Source: an uncultured Gammaproteobacteria bacterium
GTDB taxonomy: Bacteria > Patescibacteriota > Patescibacteriia > Magasanikbacterales > UBA922
Length of the DNA: 64,000 nucleotides
Direction: 5' to 3'
Assembly (NCBI GenBank): GCA_964519725.1
Contig: CAZFKS010000007.1
Span: 1,221 to 65,220 of the forward strand
The notes under the pieces were generated by a model. The model was not told the DNA's origin. It saw only the letters and a list, made by a program, of their open reading frames with translations, and did no database searches. Every line of letters begins with the position of its first letter. Within the stretch, counting starts at the first letter, position 1. Of the stretch, positions 41,055-51,055 are shown piece by piece. Made by a program: the position numbers and the translations under genes.

Positions 41055-42928
41055 TAGTCTCGGATGTCTACGGCGGCACCGGCATCATCAGCTTTTTTCA
41101 CTGCCCCGCCCATGAGTGCAGTGAATTCTTCTTGTTCTACTGTTTCTTTTTCGAGAAGTGTTTTTACCAAAGCATCGAGCTGAGTGCGGTGTACAGTCAA
41201 CACTTCCAGCGCGCGCTCTTTGGCCTCTTCTAACACCTGGCTAATTTCTGAATCAATTAATTCCGCAGTTTTTTCACTGTAATTTTTCTTGCTGTGAATT
41301 TCTTCAGCCAAGAAAATTAAACCTTCATTATCACCATACTGTCGCGGACCAAGCTTCTCACTCATACCATATTGCATAATCATGGCGGTTACAGTTTGAG
41401 TGGCTTTTTTCAAATCGCTTGATGGACCAGTAGTCAAATGATCATTGCCATAAATCATGCGTTCCGCTACATAACCACCCAGCATCATGGCAATATCATC
41501 TTTGAACTTGGCCAGAGTCCGGTAGTGCACATCACTAACTGGCATGCTGAGCGTGTAACCACCAGCCATGCCCCGACCAATAATTGATACTTTACGCACT
41601 GGGTCAGTATGTTCTAAAAAGTGTCCGACCAAAGCGTGCCCACCTTCGTGGTAGGCGGTCATTTCCTTGTCTTTTTTAGTCATGACGCGAGAGCGTTTTT
41701 CTGGTCCCAAGAGAACTTTTTCAATGGTTTTTAAAATATCAATTTCAGCAATTTCTTTGCGGTTATCCCGTACTACGGCGATCGCGGCTTCATTCAAAAG
41801 ATTATCTAGGTCAGCCCCAGAAAAACCTGGCGTACGTTCCGCCACTTTGCGGAGTGACACTCCCGCCGCAATTGGTTTATTGACCGCGTGAACTTTCAAA
41901 ATTTCTTCACGATCATTAATGTCTGGCATGTCAATCACCACTCGGCGGTCAAAGCGACCCGGTCGGAGTAAGGCTGGGTCCAAAACATCAGGACGATTAG
42001 TGGCCGCCATAATAATCACACCCAGGTTTGGCTCAAACCCATCCATTTCAACCAAGATTTGGTTAAGAGTTTGTTCGCGTTCATCATGTGAACCACCGAG
42101 ACCAGCCCCGCGCTTGCGACCAACGGCATCAATTTCATCAATAAATACAATCGCTGGCGCAGCTTTTTGCGCTTTTTGAAATAGATCACGTACACGACTA
42201 GCACCAACCCCTACAAACATTTCCACAAATTCTGAACCACTCATGTGGAAAAATGGTACATTAGCTTCACCCGCCACTGCTTTAGCGAGCAAGGTTTTAC
42301 CTGTACCTGGCGAACCCATCAAGAGTACGCCCTTTGGAATTTTTGCGCCCACGGCCGCAAACTTTTGTGGGTCACGTAAAAAATCCACGATTTCCGTTAA
42401 TTCAGCTTTGGCTTCTTTGGCCCCAGCTACGTCTTTGAAAGTTTTTTTATTTTTATCATCTGGTTTGGCTTCACGCGCACTACTTTGACCAAACATCATG
42501 GCTTTATTATTGGCACCCTGCACTTGTCGACTCATAAAATACACGAGCACGACCAGCAAAATAAACGGCAACAAATATGGCACAATTACTGCGGCCCAAT
42601 ATTTAAAACCAGTCTGATCTTTAACTTGAATTTCAACTTTCTGAAGTTTACCTTGATCAACCCCCAAATTACTCATCAGTTCAGAAAAAGATTGTGACGC
42701 TTCTTTTTTGACTGATAATTTTTTCGCGTTTGCATCTTTTAATTCTACGGAAATAATATCACCCGCCACCTCTACTTTTTTCACTTGTTCATTATTAATT
42801 TCAGTAACCAAACGATTCACCCCAACCACTTCTGGTTTTTCACTAACCAGGTTGGTAAAGCTAAGGGTAGCGGCAATTACAAAGAGCGCAACGACAATAA
42901 TGGCAAAATTTTTGAGTAAATTTTTCAT
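41054..42928 (-). CDS. ftsH: ATP-dependent zinc metalloprotease FtsH
   Basis: Two TM segments, [41 protein letters not shown]. Confidence 0.97.
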   Translation of the reverse strand: MKNLLKNFAIIVVALFVIAATLSFTNLVSEKPEVVGVNRLVTEINNEQVKKVEVAGDIISVELKDANAKKLSVKKEASQSFSELMSNLGVDQGKLQKVEIQVKDQTGFKYWAAVIVPYLLPFILLVVLVYFMSRQVQGANNKAMMFGQSSAREAKPDDKNKKTFKDVAGAKEAKAELTEIVDFLRDPQKFAAVGAKIPKGVLLMGSPGTGKTLLAKAVAGEANVPFFHMSGSEFVEMFVGVGASRVRDLFQKAQKAAPAIVFIDEIDAVGRKRGAGLGGSHDEREQTLNQILVEMDGFEPNLGVIIMAATNRPDVLDPALLRPGRFDRRVVIDMPDINDREEILKVHAVNKPIAAGVSLRKVAERTPGFSGADLDNLLNEAAIAVVRDNRKEIAEIDILKTIEKVLLGPEKRSRVMTKKDKEMTAYHEGGHALVGHFLEHTDPVRKVSIIGRGMAGGYTLSMPVSDVHYRTLAKFKDDIAMMLGGYVAERMIYGNDHLTTGPSSDLKKATQTVTAMIMQYGMSEKLGPRQYGDNEGLIFLAEEIHSKKNYSEKTAELIDSEISQVLEEAKERALEVLTVHRTQLDALVKTLLEKETVEQEEFTALMGGAVKKADDAGAAVDIRD

Positions 42929-42933
42929 AATAA

Positions 42934-42969
42934 AAAATAGCGTATAGTTATAGTACTATACGCTATTTT
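42934..42969. repeat. 15-bp perfect inverted repeat between rpsA and ftsH
   Basis: AAAATAGCGTATAGT-tatagt-ACTATACGCTATTTT. Confidence 0.8.
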
Positions 42970-42985
42970 GCTAGTAAAATCAAGC

Positions 42986-44155
42986 TTAAGCTGCGGCTTC
43001 GTCTGAGGTTTCGGTTTCTTCTTTAGCTTCCTTACCTTCAGGTTTTTTGCGGGTCCGCTTGGCCCCGGCCACGCCTTCGAGTTTAAGACCAAGACGGTGT
43101 TCTGATGGTTCCATTGAAATAATCTCAAATTTCTTCATTTCACCCAGTGGGAATGATTCGAGAAATTTCTTTGGGTCAGACACTGGTTTGTCTGAAAGGT
43201 CAGAAATGTGAGCCAAACCATGGATTTGGTCATCAAGTTTTACCATGAGACCAAATGGTTCAGCTTTGTGTACTTCACCTTCAACCACTTGACCAACTTT
43301 ATAGCGGTCTTTAACTGACTTCCATGGGTCATCAATCAAGCGCTTCAGTGACAAGTAGATTTTTGACTTGTTAAGATCAATAATTTGGGCCTTAACCTCA
43401 TCGCCAACTTTGAGCACGTCTTTAGGGTGATCAATCCGTTGCCACACAATTTCGGAAATATGGATCAAACCTTCCAAAGCATCACCAAATTTCATGAACG
43501 CACCAAATGGTGTGAGGGCACTAATTGTACCAGACACAGAGTCACCAACTTTGTATGAGTCGAGAATTGATTTTTGTTCACTTTCCCACAAAGTTTTTTC
43601 TGACAAAATCAATTTGTCTTCACCTGGGCTAAGATCAAATACTTGGACTTTTAATTCTTGACCAATAAATTGGCGGAGGTGATCCAAAATTCGATTCTTA
43701 TCACCGCCTGGGACGCGTGGGTAGTGGTCAGGATTAAGTTGTGATACTGGCAAGAAACCAGACACGCCTTCCACTGAGAGCATCAAACCACCTTTGTTTG
43801 CAGACACAACTTTAGCAGTGGTTGTTGCCCCACTCTTTTTAAGTTCAGCCATGTTATCCCAGACTTTCTGGTGACCAGCAATCCGGAATGAAAGTTCAAT
43901 TTCACCGTTTTCATTTTCACCACCAACAACCGTAGCTTCAACTTCATCGCCAACTTTAACATCAGCGAATTGTTTTGATTCACTAAATAATTCATCGCCG
44001 CGTACCACACCAACCATGAGGCCATTAAGGTCGATTCTGATTTCACCGCGGTCAATTGAGATAACTTTACCTTTAACCAATTCATCCATGGCTGGAACTT
44101 TGCCAAAGTAATCTTTAAGCAAATCGCCAAAGGCTGATTTTTTTTCTTCTGCCAT
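42986..44155 (-). CDS. rpsA: 30S ribosomal protein S1 (four S1 domains)
   Basis: Repeated S1 motifs: NKGGL, GFLPVSQL, PFGAF, EGLIHISEI, GLAHISDL. Confidence 0.9.
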   Translation of the reverse strand: MAEEKKSAFGDLLKDYFGKVPAMDELVKGKVISIDRGEIRIDLNGLMVGVVRGDELFSESKQFADVKVGDEVEATVVGGENENGEIELSFRIAGHQKVWDNMAELKKSGATTTAKVVSANKGGLMLSVEGVSGFLPVSQLNPDHYPRVPGGDKNRILDHLRQFIGQELKVQVFDLSPGEDKLILSEKTLWESEQKSILDSYKVGDSVSGTISALTPFGAFMKFGDALEGLIHISEIVWQRIDHPKDVLKVGDEVKAQIIDLNKSKIYLSLKRLIDDPWKSVKDRYKVGQVVEGEVHKAEPFGLMVKLDDQIHGLAHISDLSDKPVSDPKKFLESFPLGEMKKFEIISMEPSEHRLGLKLEGVAGAKRTRKKPEGKEAKEETETSDEAAA

Positions 44156-44222
44156 ATTTTCTTGTTTTAACCTAGCCTGAGCTAAGTTTCCCCAGTTGGG
44201 GAAAAATTAATAAAGTGGGCTT

Positions 44223-44251
44223 AATATAGCAGAAATTTTTTGATTTGGCAA
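44223..44251 (-). promoter_or_regulatory. Sigma70 promoter of rpsA
   Basis: TTGCCA-17 nt-TATATT with TG extension. Confidence 0.65.
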
Positions 44252-44331
44252 GAGGGTTAACCACAGCGGTTTTCCTTGTCTAAACCCCAGTGACCTGATA
44301 AAATGGGGCTACTACTAAATTAATACCAAAT

Positions 44332-44952
44332 ATGCATATTTCCTGGCTCGGAGGCACAGCCATTAAGCTGGTAGCTAAGCCGTTTGATGAAGAAGTGGTG
44401 GTCGTAATTGACCCTTATAAGCCAGAATCTGGCTCTGCCCCACGCAGTGTGACCCCAGCCGTGGCGATTTTGACCCAAGGCCCAGAAAAAGAAGCCATTA
44501 CCCTCTCAGGTGAGCCATTTATCCTCTCTACCCCAGGCGAATGTGACATTAAAGGGGTGTTAATTACCGCCGTAACTGGCAGTGAACCAGGCAGTACTAT
44601 GGTCCGACTAGATGCTGAAGGGCTTAGTTTAGCCCATTTAGGCCGGGCCACTAAGTCTTTAAACCAAAAGCAACGCGAGGTTTTATCTGATGTTGATGTT
44701 TTATTTGTTCCTGTAGGCGGGGTTGATGGGTATGATGCTGAAGCAGCCATGAAGGCGGTGAATGACCTGGAGCCACGGATTGTGATCCCAATTGCCTTCC
44801 AAAGTGATAATGACCCAAAAGCCGCACCTTACACCACTTTTTGCAAGGCCATGGGCACGGTTTTAAAAGGTGAACCAGAAACCAAAGTGATTATTAAGAA
44901 AAAAGATTTGCCGACCGAAGATACCAGTGTCATTGTTCTAGCCAAGGAATAA
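44332..44952 (+). CDS. Metallo-beta-lactamase-fold protein with a degenerate metal site
   Basis: MHISWLGG, VIDPY, PGEC, HLG, DVLFVPVGG, EPRIVIP; no HxHxDH motif. Confidence 0.8.
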   Translation: MHISWLGGTAIKLVAKPFDEEVVVVIDPYKPESGSAPRSVTPAVAILTQGPEKEAITLSGEPFILSTPGECDIKGVLITAVTGSEPGSTMVRLDAEGLSLAHLGRATKSLNQKQREVLSDVDVLFVPVGGVDGYDAEAAMKAVNDLEPRIVIPIAFQSDNDPKAAPYTTFCKAMGTVLKGEPETKVIIKKKDLPTEDTSVIVLAKE

Positions 44953-44967
44953 GTTTTTTGCCTGTCT

Positions 44968-45498
44968 ATGCCCAAAAAACGCCACCGCGAGTCACCGTTT
45001 AATCCAGAACTCGTGGCCGCAATTACCAAAGAATTGCCGGCGTTTTTGGCTAAAGAGGGATATTTGAAAGAGTCAACTGAAGAAAAAGTTGCTGAGGCAC
45101 CAGTCGTGCGCGAGGTTGAAACTGTTCGTGCCCCAGAATCAAGTCGAACTTTGGCCCCACTTGTTCACTCGCCAGTTCCCCGGGGCAATACCAAAATGAT
45201 GTGGTATGCTGTGGGAATTTTCGCCGTCGCAATTGTGGCCATTTGGGGCTTTAATTTAAAATCAATTATCACGAATGTTTGGAGTGAACGCGATGGTCAG
45301 GAATTAATTACTCAAGGCCAGGACGATTTTAAATCCATTCTTGAAACTATTAAGGAAAATGATAAGATAGCCAAGGAAAAAGTAGCCGCTTCGCAAGCAG
45401 CCACCGCCGCGGCCATGACCACTACTACCAGAGCTTCAACTGATTCAGCCGCCCTGGACGCCTTGGTTGAAGCTATCAAAGCCAAGCAAAATAATTAA
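44968..45498 (+). CDS. Hypothetical single-pass membrane protein
   Basis: 176 aa with a central TM segment; ends 2 nt before gyrA. Confidence 0.7.
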   Translation: MPKKRHRESPFNPELVAAITKELPAFLAKEGYLKESTEEKVAEAPVVREVETVRAPESSRTLAPLVHSPVPRGNTKMMWYAVGIFAVAIVAIWGFNLKSIITNVWSERDGQELITQGQDDFKSILETIKENDKIAKEKVAASQAATAAAMTTTTRASTDSAALDALVEAIKAKQNN

Positions 45499-45500
45499 TT

Positions 45501-48017
45501 ATGAAAAAAATTGAACAAGAAAAATTAATTCCCGAAACGATTGGACGAGTCGAACCAATTAATTTGGTTGATGAAATGCGCACTTCGTATTTGGATTACG
45601 CCATGAGTGTAATTGTGTCGCGCGCGTTGCCTGATGTGCGCGATGGTTTAAAGCCAGTCCACCGCCGTATTTTGTACGCCATGTGGAATATCGGTCTTAA
45701 ACACACTTCAAAATTCCGCAAATCTGCGCACGTGGTTGGTGAAGTAATGGCTAAATACCATCCTCACGGTGACAGTGCAATTTATGATTCGCTCGTCCGC
45801 ATGGCGCAAGATTTTAACATGCGTCACCAATTGGTATACGGGCAAGGAAACTTTGGTTCCATGGATGGTGATAGTGCTGCGGCCATGCGTTATACCGAAG
45901 CTAAACTCTACGCCATTGCCGAAGAATTACTTTTGGATATTGAAAAAAACACGGTTGATTTTTCGCCTACTTACGATGGTTCACACAAAGAACCACGCGT
46001 CCTACCAAGTAAATTACCAAACTTACTGTTGAATGGCAGCATGGGGATTGCGGTTGGTATGGCCACCAATATTCCACCGCACAATTTGGGTGAACTTTGT
46101 GATGCGATTGATTTCTTAATTGAAAATCCAAAGTGTACTGTCGAAGATTTAATGCAATTTGTCCCTGGCCCAGATTTTCCAACTGGCGGGATTATTTATA
46201 ATAAACAAGACATTGCCGCGGCATACGCTACTGGCCGTGGTGGCGTGGTGATTCGCGCTAAAACTGAAATTCAAGAAGGTAAAAATGATCAGTACAAAAT
46301 TGTGGTGACTGAAGTTCCTTACCAAGTTAACAAAGCCGCTCTCCTTGAAAAAATTGCTGAGCTCGTGCAGGAAAAGAAAATTGAAGGTATTAAAGATTTA
46401 CGCGACGAGTCCAATAAAGAAGGTGTGCGTATTGTAATTGAACTAAAACGTGATTCATATCCAAAGAAAGTGTTGAACCGGCTTTTCCAGATGACTGATT
46501 TGCAAACTACGTTCCACCTCAACATGCTCGCCTTGGTGGACGGAATTGAACCACGGGTTTTGAACCTCAAGACAATTTTGGAAGAGTACATTAAGCACCG
46601 CCAAGTAGTGATCCGCCGGCGCACTGAATTTGATTTAAATAAAGCCGAAGAGCGTGCTCACATTTTAGAAGGTTTGAAAAAGGCCCTGGATAAAATTGAT
46701 TTAATTATCAATACCATTCGCGCGTCCAAAGATAAAGACGAAGCCAAAGCCAATTTGATGAAAAAATTTGATTTTTCTGAACGTCAAACTGTGGCGATTT
46801 TGGAAATGCGCCTGCAACAATTAGCTAACCTTGAACGTAAAAAGATTGAAGATGAATTAGCCGAAAAAATGGCACTTATCAAAGAATTACAAAGTATTTT
46901 GGCCAGTGAGAAAAAAGTTTTGGCCATTGTGAAAGCTGATGTAGCAGGCATTAAAAAAGATCACGCCAACGAACGCCGCACGCAAATTGTGGCTCATGGC
47001 GTGAAAGAATTTAGTATTGAAGACTTGGTACCAAATGAGCCAACTATTATCATGGCCACCAAAGACGGTTATATCAAGCGCATGCCAGTGGATACGTTCC
47101 GCACCCAGAGTCGCGGTGGCAAGGGCGTGATTGGTCTCACTACCAAAGAAGAAGACGTGATTGAGCACTTAATTTCCACCAACACGCACGACAACATGCT
47201 TTTCTTCACCAACCGTGGCCGCGTATTCCAACTCCGCGCTTACGATATTCCGGTCGCGTCACGCACTGCCAAAGGTCAAGCACTCGTGAACTTCTTGCAA
47301 CTGGCGCCAAATGAAAATGTGTCTTCAATTTTGTCCATGGCTGACATGAGTAAGTACAAATACTTAGTCATGGTCACTAACAAAGGTACAATCAAAAAAT
47401 CAAGCTTGGATGATTTCAAAAATGTGCGCCGCTCTGGTTTGATTGCCCTTAAATTGCATCTTGACGACATGCTCGAATGGGTTCGCCCATCCGGTGGTAG
47501 TGATGACATTGTGATTGCCACGGCCCAGGGCCAAGCCATTCGCTTCAAAGAAGCTGATATCCGCGCCATGGGCCGCACCGCTGCTGGTGTACGTGGTATG
47601 CGTCTAAAATCTAGTGATGCCGTGATTGGTATGGATGTAGTGTCACCTGATTTGGTGAAGAAAAAAGTTTTGGAACTTTTGGTAATTTCTGAAAATGGTT
47701 TAGGCAAGCGCACCGAAATTAGTGAGTATAAAGTGCAAGGCCGCGGTGGTTCTGGGATTAAGACCATGAATGTCACTGACAAAACCGGTAAATTGATCAA
47801 TGCCCGCATTATCAACAATGCCGAGGACCAAGATTTACTCCTCATTTCCATGAAAGGCCAAGTGGTTCGTACTCCGCTCAAAACCATTTCTTCACTCGGC
47901 CGCGCCACTCAAGGCGTGCGTGTGATGCGTTTCAAAGCTGAGGGTGATAAAGTGGTGAACATTACCCTACTTGAAAGCGGCGCTGAATTAGAGGGTGAAG
48001 CTGAAGAAGAAGTTTAA
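45501..48017 (+). CDS. gyrA: DNA gyrase subunit A
   Basis: RALPDVRDGLKPVHRR, YHPHGD, AAMRYTE, GyrA-box QSRGGKG, beta-pinwheel repeats. Confidence 0.97.
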   Translation: MKKIEQEKLIPETIGRVEPINLVDEMRTSYLDYAMSVIVSRALPDVRDGLKPVHRRILYAMWNIGLKHTSKFRKSAHVVGEVMAKYHPHGDSAIYDSLVRMAQDFNMRHQLVYGQGNFGSMDGDSAAAMRYTEAKLYAIAEELLLDIEKNTVDFSPTYDGSHKEPRVLPSKLPNLLLNGSMGIAVGMATNIPPHNLGELCDAIDFLIENPKCTVEDLMQFVPGPDFPTGGIIYNKQDIAAAYATGRGGVVIRAKTEIQEGKNDQYKIVVTEVPYQVNKAALLEKIAELVQEKKIEGIKDLRDESNKEGVRIVIELKRDSYPKKVLNRLFQMTDLQTTFHLNMLALVDGIEPRVLNLKTILEEYIKHRQVVIRRRTEFDLNKAEERAHILEGLKKALDKIDLIINTIRASKDKDEAKANLMKKFDFSERQTVAILEMRLQQLANLERKKIEDELAEKMALIKELQSILASEKKVLAIVKADVAGIKKDHANERRTQIVAHGVKEFSIEDLVPNEPTIIMATKDGYIKRMPVDTFRTQSRGGKGVIGLTTKEEDVIEHLISTNTHDNMLFFTNRGRVFQLRAYDIPVASRTAKGQALVNFLQLAPNENVSSILSMADMSKYKYLVMVTNKGTIKKSSLDDFKNVRRSGLIALKLHLDDMLEWVRPSGGSDDIVIATAQGQAIRFKEADIRAMGRTAAGVRGMRLKSSDAVIGMDVVSPDLVKKKVLELLVISENGLGKRTEISEYKVQGRGGSGIKTMNVTDKTGKLINARIINNAEDQDLLLISMKGQVVRTPLKTISSLGRATQGVRVMRFKAEGDKVVNITLLESGAELEGEAEEEV

Positions 48018-48027
48018 AGCTAAAAAT

Positions 48028-48056
48028 AAAAAGCCCCGTCACAACGGGGCTTTTTT
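48028..48056. terminator. Bidirectional terminator between gyrA and ruvA
   Basis: AAAAAGCCCCGT-caca-ACGGGGCTTTTTT. Confidence 0.85.
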
Positions 48057-48058
48057 AA

Positions 48059-48640
48059 TTAACGACTAAGTAGTTTCAAAGCTTCACGGAGTAGACCTTC
48101 ACTATTTTTTCCAGCCGGATCCAAACTTTGCACTGCGTCCCGCGCTTCGGCTTGCGAATAACCCATGGCCACTAAACCCTCAATTACCTCAGCCAGCGGG
48201 CCAGATGGTGAGCCAGCAATGGTTTCACTTGAGCCACGCACGGTAAATTTATTTTTTAATTCTACCACCAACCGCTCAGCGGTTTTTTTACCCAGCCCCT
48301 GCACACCAGTTAAATACGCAATATCCCCACGCGCGATCGCTCCCTGCAGTTGATCTACCGCCCCAGCATTCAAAATATTCAGCGCACTTTTTGGGCCAAT
48401 TCCCGAAACCGTTAACAGCAATTTAAAAAAGTCCCGGGCCGCAGTGGTTCTAAAACCAAATAATTCCTGCGCACTATCCGAGACTTTTAAATAGGTAAAT
48501 AATTTCACTGACGTGCCAATCGCAAGTTCACCAGCTTCGGCCGCAGTTAAATTTACTTCATACCCAACCCCACCAGACGTTTCTAGTAAAATGCCCGTTG
48601 CCAATTTTTCTAGGATCACGCCCGAGAGGTAGCCAATCAT
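48059..48640 (-). CDS. ruvA: Holliday junction branch migration protein RuvA
   Basis: MIGYLSG, GGVGYEV, LFGF, VSGIGPKSAL, GLGKKTAERLVVELK, LVAMGYS. Confidence 0.95.
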   Translation of the reverse strand: MIGYLSGVILEKLATGILLETSGGVGYEVNLTAAEAGELAIGTSVKLFTYLKVSDSAQELFGFRTTAARDFFKLLLTVSGIGPKSALNILNAGAVDQLQGAIARGDIAYLTGVQGLGKKTAERLVVELKNKFTVRGSSETIAGSPSGPLAEVIEGLVAMGYSQAEARDAVQSLDPAGKNSEGLLREALKLLSR

Positions 48641-48641
48641 A

Positions 48642-49643
48642 TTATTTCTTTTTCTTCTTGGCTGGTTTAACTTTTGGCGCTGGTTTACTTTTCTTGACCC
48701 GACTAACCCGAATTAAGCCGCCGCACGGTACAATCTCAATTCCACGTTTTTCGTATTCATCAAGGAGCAGGTTCATGCCCAGCGAGTCAGAGGACATGTG
48801 ACCAGCCATGATAACACTCAGCTGATTTTCGGTGGCCTTAGTGATCACTTCGCGATGCATGTGCATGCCAACTACAGTGCTAATTCCAAACCGAGAAATT
48901 TCTTGGTAAAGCTTGCTGGCTGGGGTGGTGCCGCCAGTCATTTCAAGGAGCATTTTACCTACCCGGTGATTTGGCCGACCAGAAACAATTTTTGGTCCAG
49001 AGCCCATACTTTGGGCATATTGATACTCAGGCAATTCTAACAGTGCTTCAATAATTTCCCCCAGAGTTTGAGGTTTAACCTTTTGCAAATAATCACCCAA
49101 AAATTTGTGCACCAAATTATCGGTAAAAGTATGGGTATTAATAAAGTTAATATCGAGCAAACGAGCAATATCAATGGTCTGATTGTGATTCATGTGATGC
49201 ACGCCCTTTTCTACTTCTGACCAACGTTCTTCAGAAATTTTTTCAGCTAGGTGCACTGGAATCCCACAGGCTTCGTAAATATCTGTGTTCATGCCCATGA
49301 CATCGTGCAAATAGGTAAGTCCTTTGCCTTCTGGGTGGTGAGCAATAACCAGGTCAATTTTTTTGCCACGCTGATTAAGCTCATTAGCTAACAAAATTTC
49401 GCCCGGGTTAATATCAATCCCAGCCAAAATTCGTTTTACTTCAGCCCCATTATCCACGTGAATAAAACTATCCAAGTATGGATTAGTTAGTTTTTCTTTT
49501 TCAAAATATTTTTTAGTAAGGTCAGACAATTTATCGTATTCCTTACGAATATTGGCTAAATACTTTTTTACCGCAGCTTCACCACGAGGATCAGCAGCCA
49601 TGGCCATTTTAATACCGACTTCAAAAATTTGTTTGATATTCAT
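48642..49643 (-). CDS. NIF3-like (NGG1p-interacting factor 3) dinuclear metal protein
   Basis: ILAGIDI, IAHHPEG, HTFTDN, MTGGT, GMHM, AGHMSSDSLGMN. Confidence 0.8.
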   Translation of the reverse strand: MNIKQIFEVGIKMAMAADPRGEAAVKKYLANIRKEYDKLSDLTKKYFEKEKLTNPYLDSFIHVDNGAEVKRILAGIDINPGEILLANELNQRGKKIDLVIAHHPEGKGLTYLHDVMGMNTDIYEACGIPVHLAEKISEERWSEVEKGVHHMNHNQTIDIARLLDINFINTHTFTDNLVHKFLGDYLQKVKPQTLGEIIEALLELPEYQYAQSMGSGPKIVSGRPNHRVGKMLLEMTGGTTPASKLYQEISRFGISTVVGMHMHREVITKATENQLSVIMAGHMSSDSLGMNLLLDEYEKRGIEIVPCGGLIRVSRVKKSKPAPKVKPAKKKKK

Positions 49644-49670
49644 ATGCTCGTTAATTACGCTGTAAATTGA

Positions 49671-51053
49671 CTAGGCTTTTGGTAAGATTTTTTTCAAGTG
49701 ATTTAATTCACTGGTAAAAATCTTAAGAATTTTTTTATCGTATTTAGCTGGTAAATTTAACCACGGACGAATGCTGGTAAAATGCTTGTAAAAAGTGCTC
49801 CACGGTGGCATTTTACTCATCTTTTCTTTACGAAACCGTTCCACATACTTTGAAGTATTACCTTTTTTAGCCAAAGCGTAGAAGCAGAAATCTAATTCAT
49901 AGGATGATCCAGATTTGTGATCTTTACCAAAGTAATTTTCAAATAAACCAGGTTCATTTAACAAATCTTTTTTATATCCAATGGTGGCTGGATCCAGCCC
50001 AACTACCCGGGCAAACAAATACATCCGGGCACACTTGTAACACTTATGGCACCACTGTGAATCCTTTAATAACGGGGCTTCGGCAGTACAAGAAAATTGA
50101 TATTGACCAAATTTTGGATAACGTAAGTGAAGAAGATCAAAAATATTTAATTGATCAATTGGTTCTAAGCTAGCTTTCACTTCACATTGTCCATGAGTGA
50201 GCAAGCGAATCATGGCATCCTGCTCCAAAGTGTAGAAACTGGTTTGGTCATAACAGATATACACTTTCCAGCCATTGTTTAAGTGAGATTCATTACTTAG
50301 ATATTCACTCCCAAAGAAAATATAATCAGCGTTGTAGGCGTAAACAAAAGGTAAAACCTGCAACGCAATTAAGGTTGTTTGTGAACCCCAGCCCACTTCT
50401 GTACCACGTTTTTTACTAAACGCAGCGTCATATCTAAATAAACCTGGGCCATTTTTTACAAAGTAAGTATCAACTTTAAATTTTTTGCCAAATTCTTCAA
50501 GTTTTTTACGCTTGTAAGTTTCCTCATAAGCCATTGATGGCTCCTGCGAATAAACCAAAATTGGTTTAATTCCTAATTCCAAACACATGGCCACAGTGGT
50601 CAAACTTTCTTTACCAAATGAAAATGGAACTACGGCAATTGGTTGTTTCTTTTTGATTTTTGATTTAGGGAATTCTTTGGGAAAAGCTGGTGTCCCTGGT
50701 TTAAAATCAAATTCCAAATTATAAAATTGTTTCAAATAAGACAGGAGCGGTGCATCATCCCACTCTTCAGACTTGGTCATGTCCATCATTTGGTTTCTAA
50801 ACAGAAAACTCTCTACCAATGGAAATTGAGTGTTGTATTTAATTCGATCATAACCAAGGGTCAATGGCAAAAAGTGAGTATCCCCAAACGTTAAGTTGTC
50901 TAACAGCATTTGTTTAGCCTCAGCCGGTACTTTTTTCCAAATTTCAATGGGGTATTCAACCAAAAAATCACGGTTTTTAACCGTAATTGCAATTCCATTC
51001 TTAGTCAGCCGACCATTGACTGAAAGAACTTTTTCCGCACTGGCTTTTGGCAT
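49671..51053 (-). CDS. PP-loop ATP-dependent enzyme, MurL (peptide Glu epimerase)-like
   Basis: PP-loop variant VVPFSFGKESL; GSEYLSNE; QFSC...WCHKCYKC cysteine cluster as in the MurL/QueC group. Confidence 0.7.
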   Translation of the reverse strand: MPKASAEKVLSVNGRLTKNGIAITVKNRDFLVEYPIEIWKKVPAEAKQMLLDNLTFGDTHFLPLTLGYDRIKYNTQFPLVESFLFRNQMMDMTKSEEWDDAPLLSYLKQFYNLEFDFKPGTPAFPKEFPKSKIKKKQPIAVVPFSFGKESLTTVAMCLELGIKPILVYSQEPSMAYEETYKRKKLEEFGKKFKVDTYFVKNGPGLFRYDAAFSKKRGTEVGWGSQTTLIALQVLPFVYAYNADYIFFGSEYLSNESHLNNGWKVYICYDQTSFYTLEQDAMIRLLTHGQCEVKASLEPIDQLNIFDLLHLRYPKFGQYQFSCTAEAPLLKDSQWCHKCYKCARMYLFARVVGLDPATIGYKKDLLNEPGLFENYFGKDHKSGSSYELDFCFYALAKKGNTSKYVERFRKEKMSKMPPWSTFYKHFTSIRPWLNLPAKYDKKILKIFTSELNHLKKILPKA

Positions 51054-51055
51054 AC

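Noticed and set aside
47276-47908. 210-aa antisense ORF inside gyrA, and similar antisense ORFs in other core genes
   Set aside because: These are codon-bias shadows of conserved genes with no independent signals.
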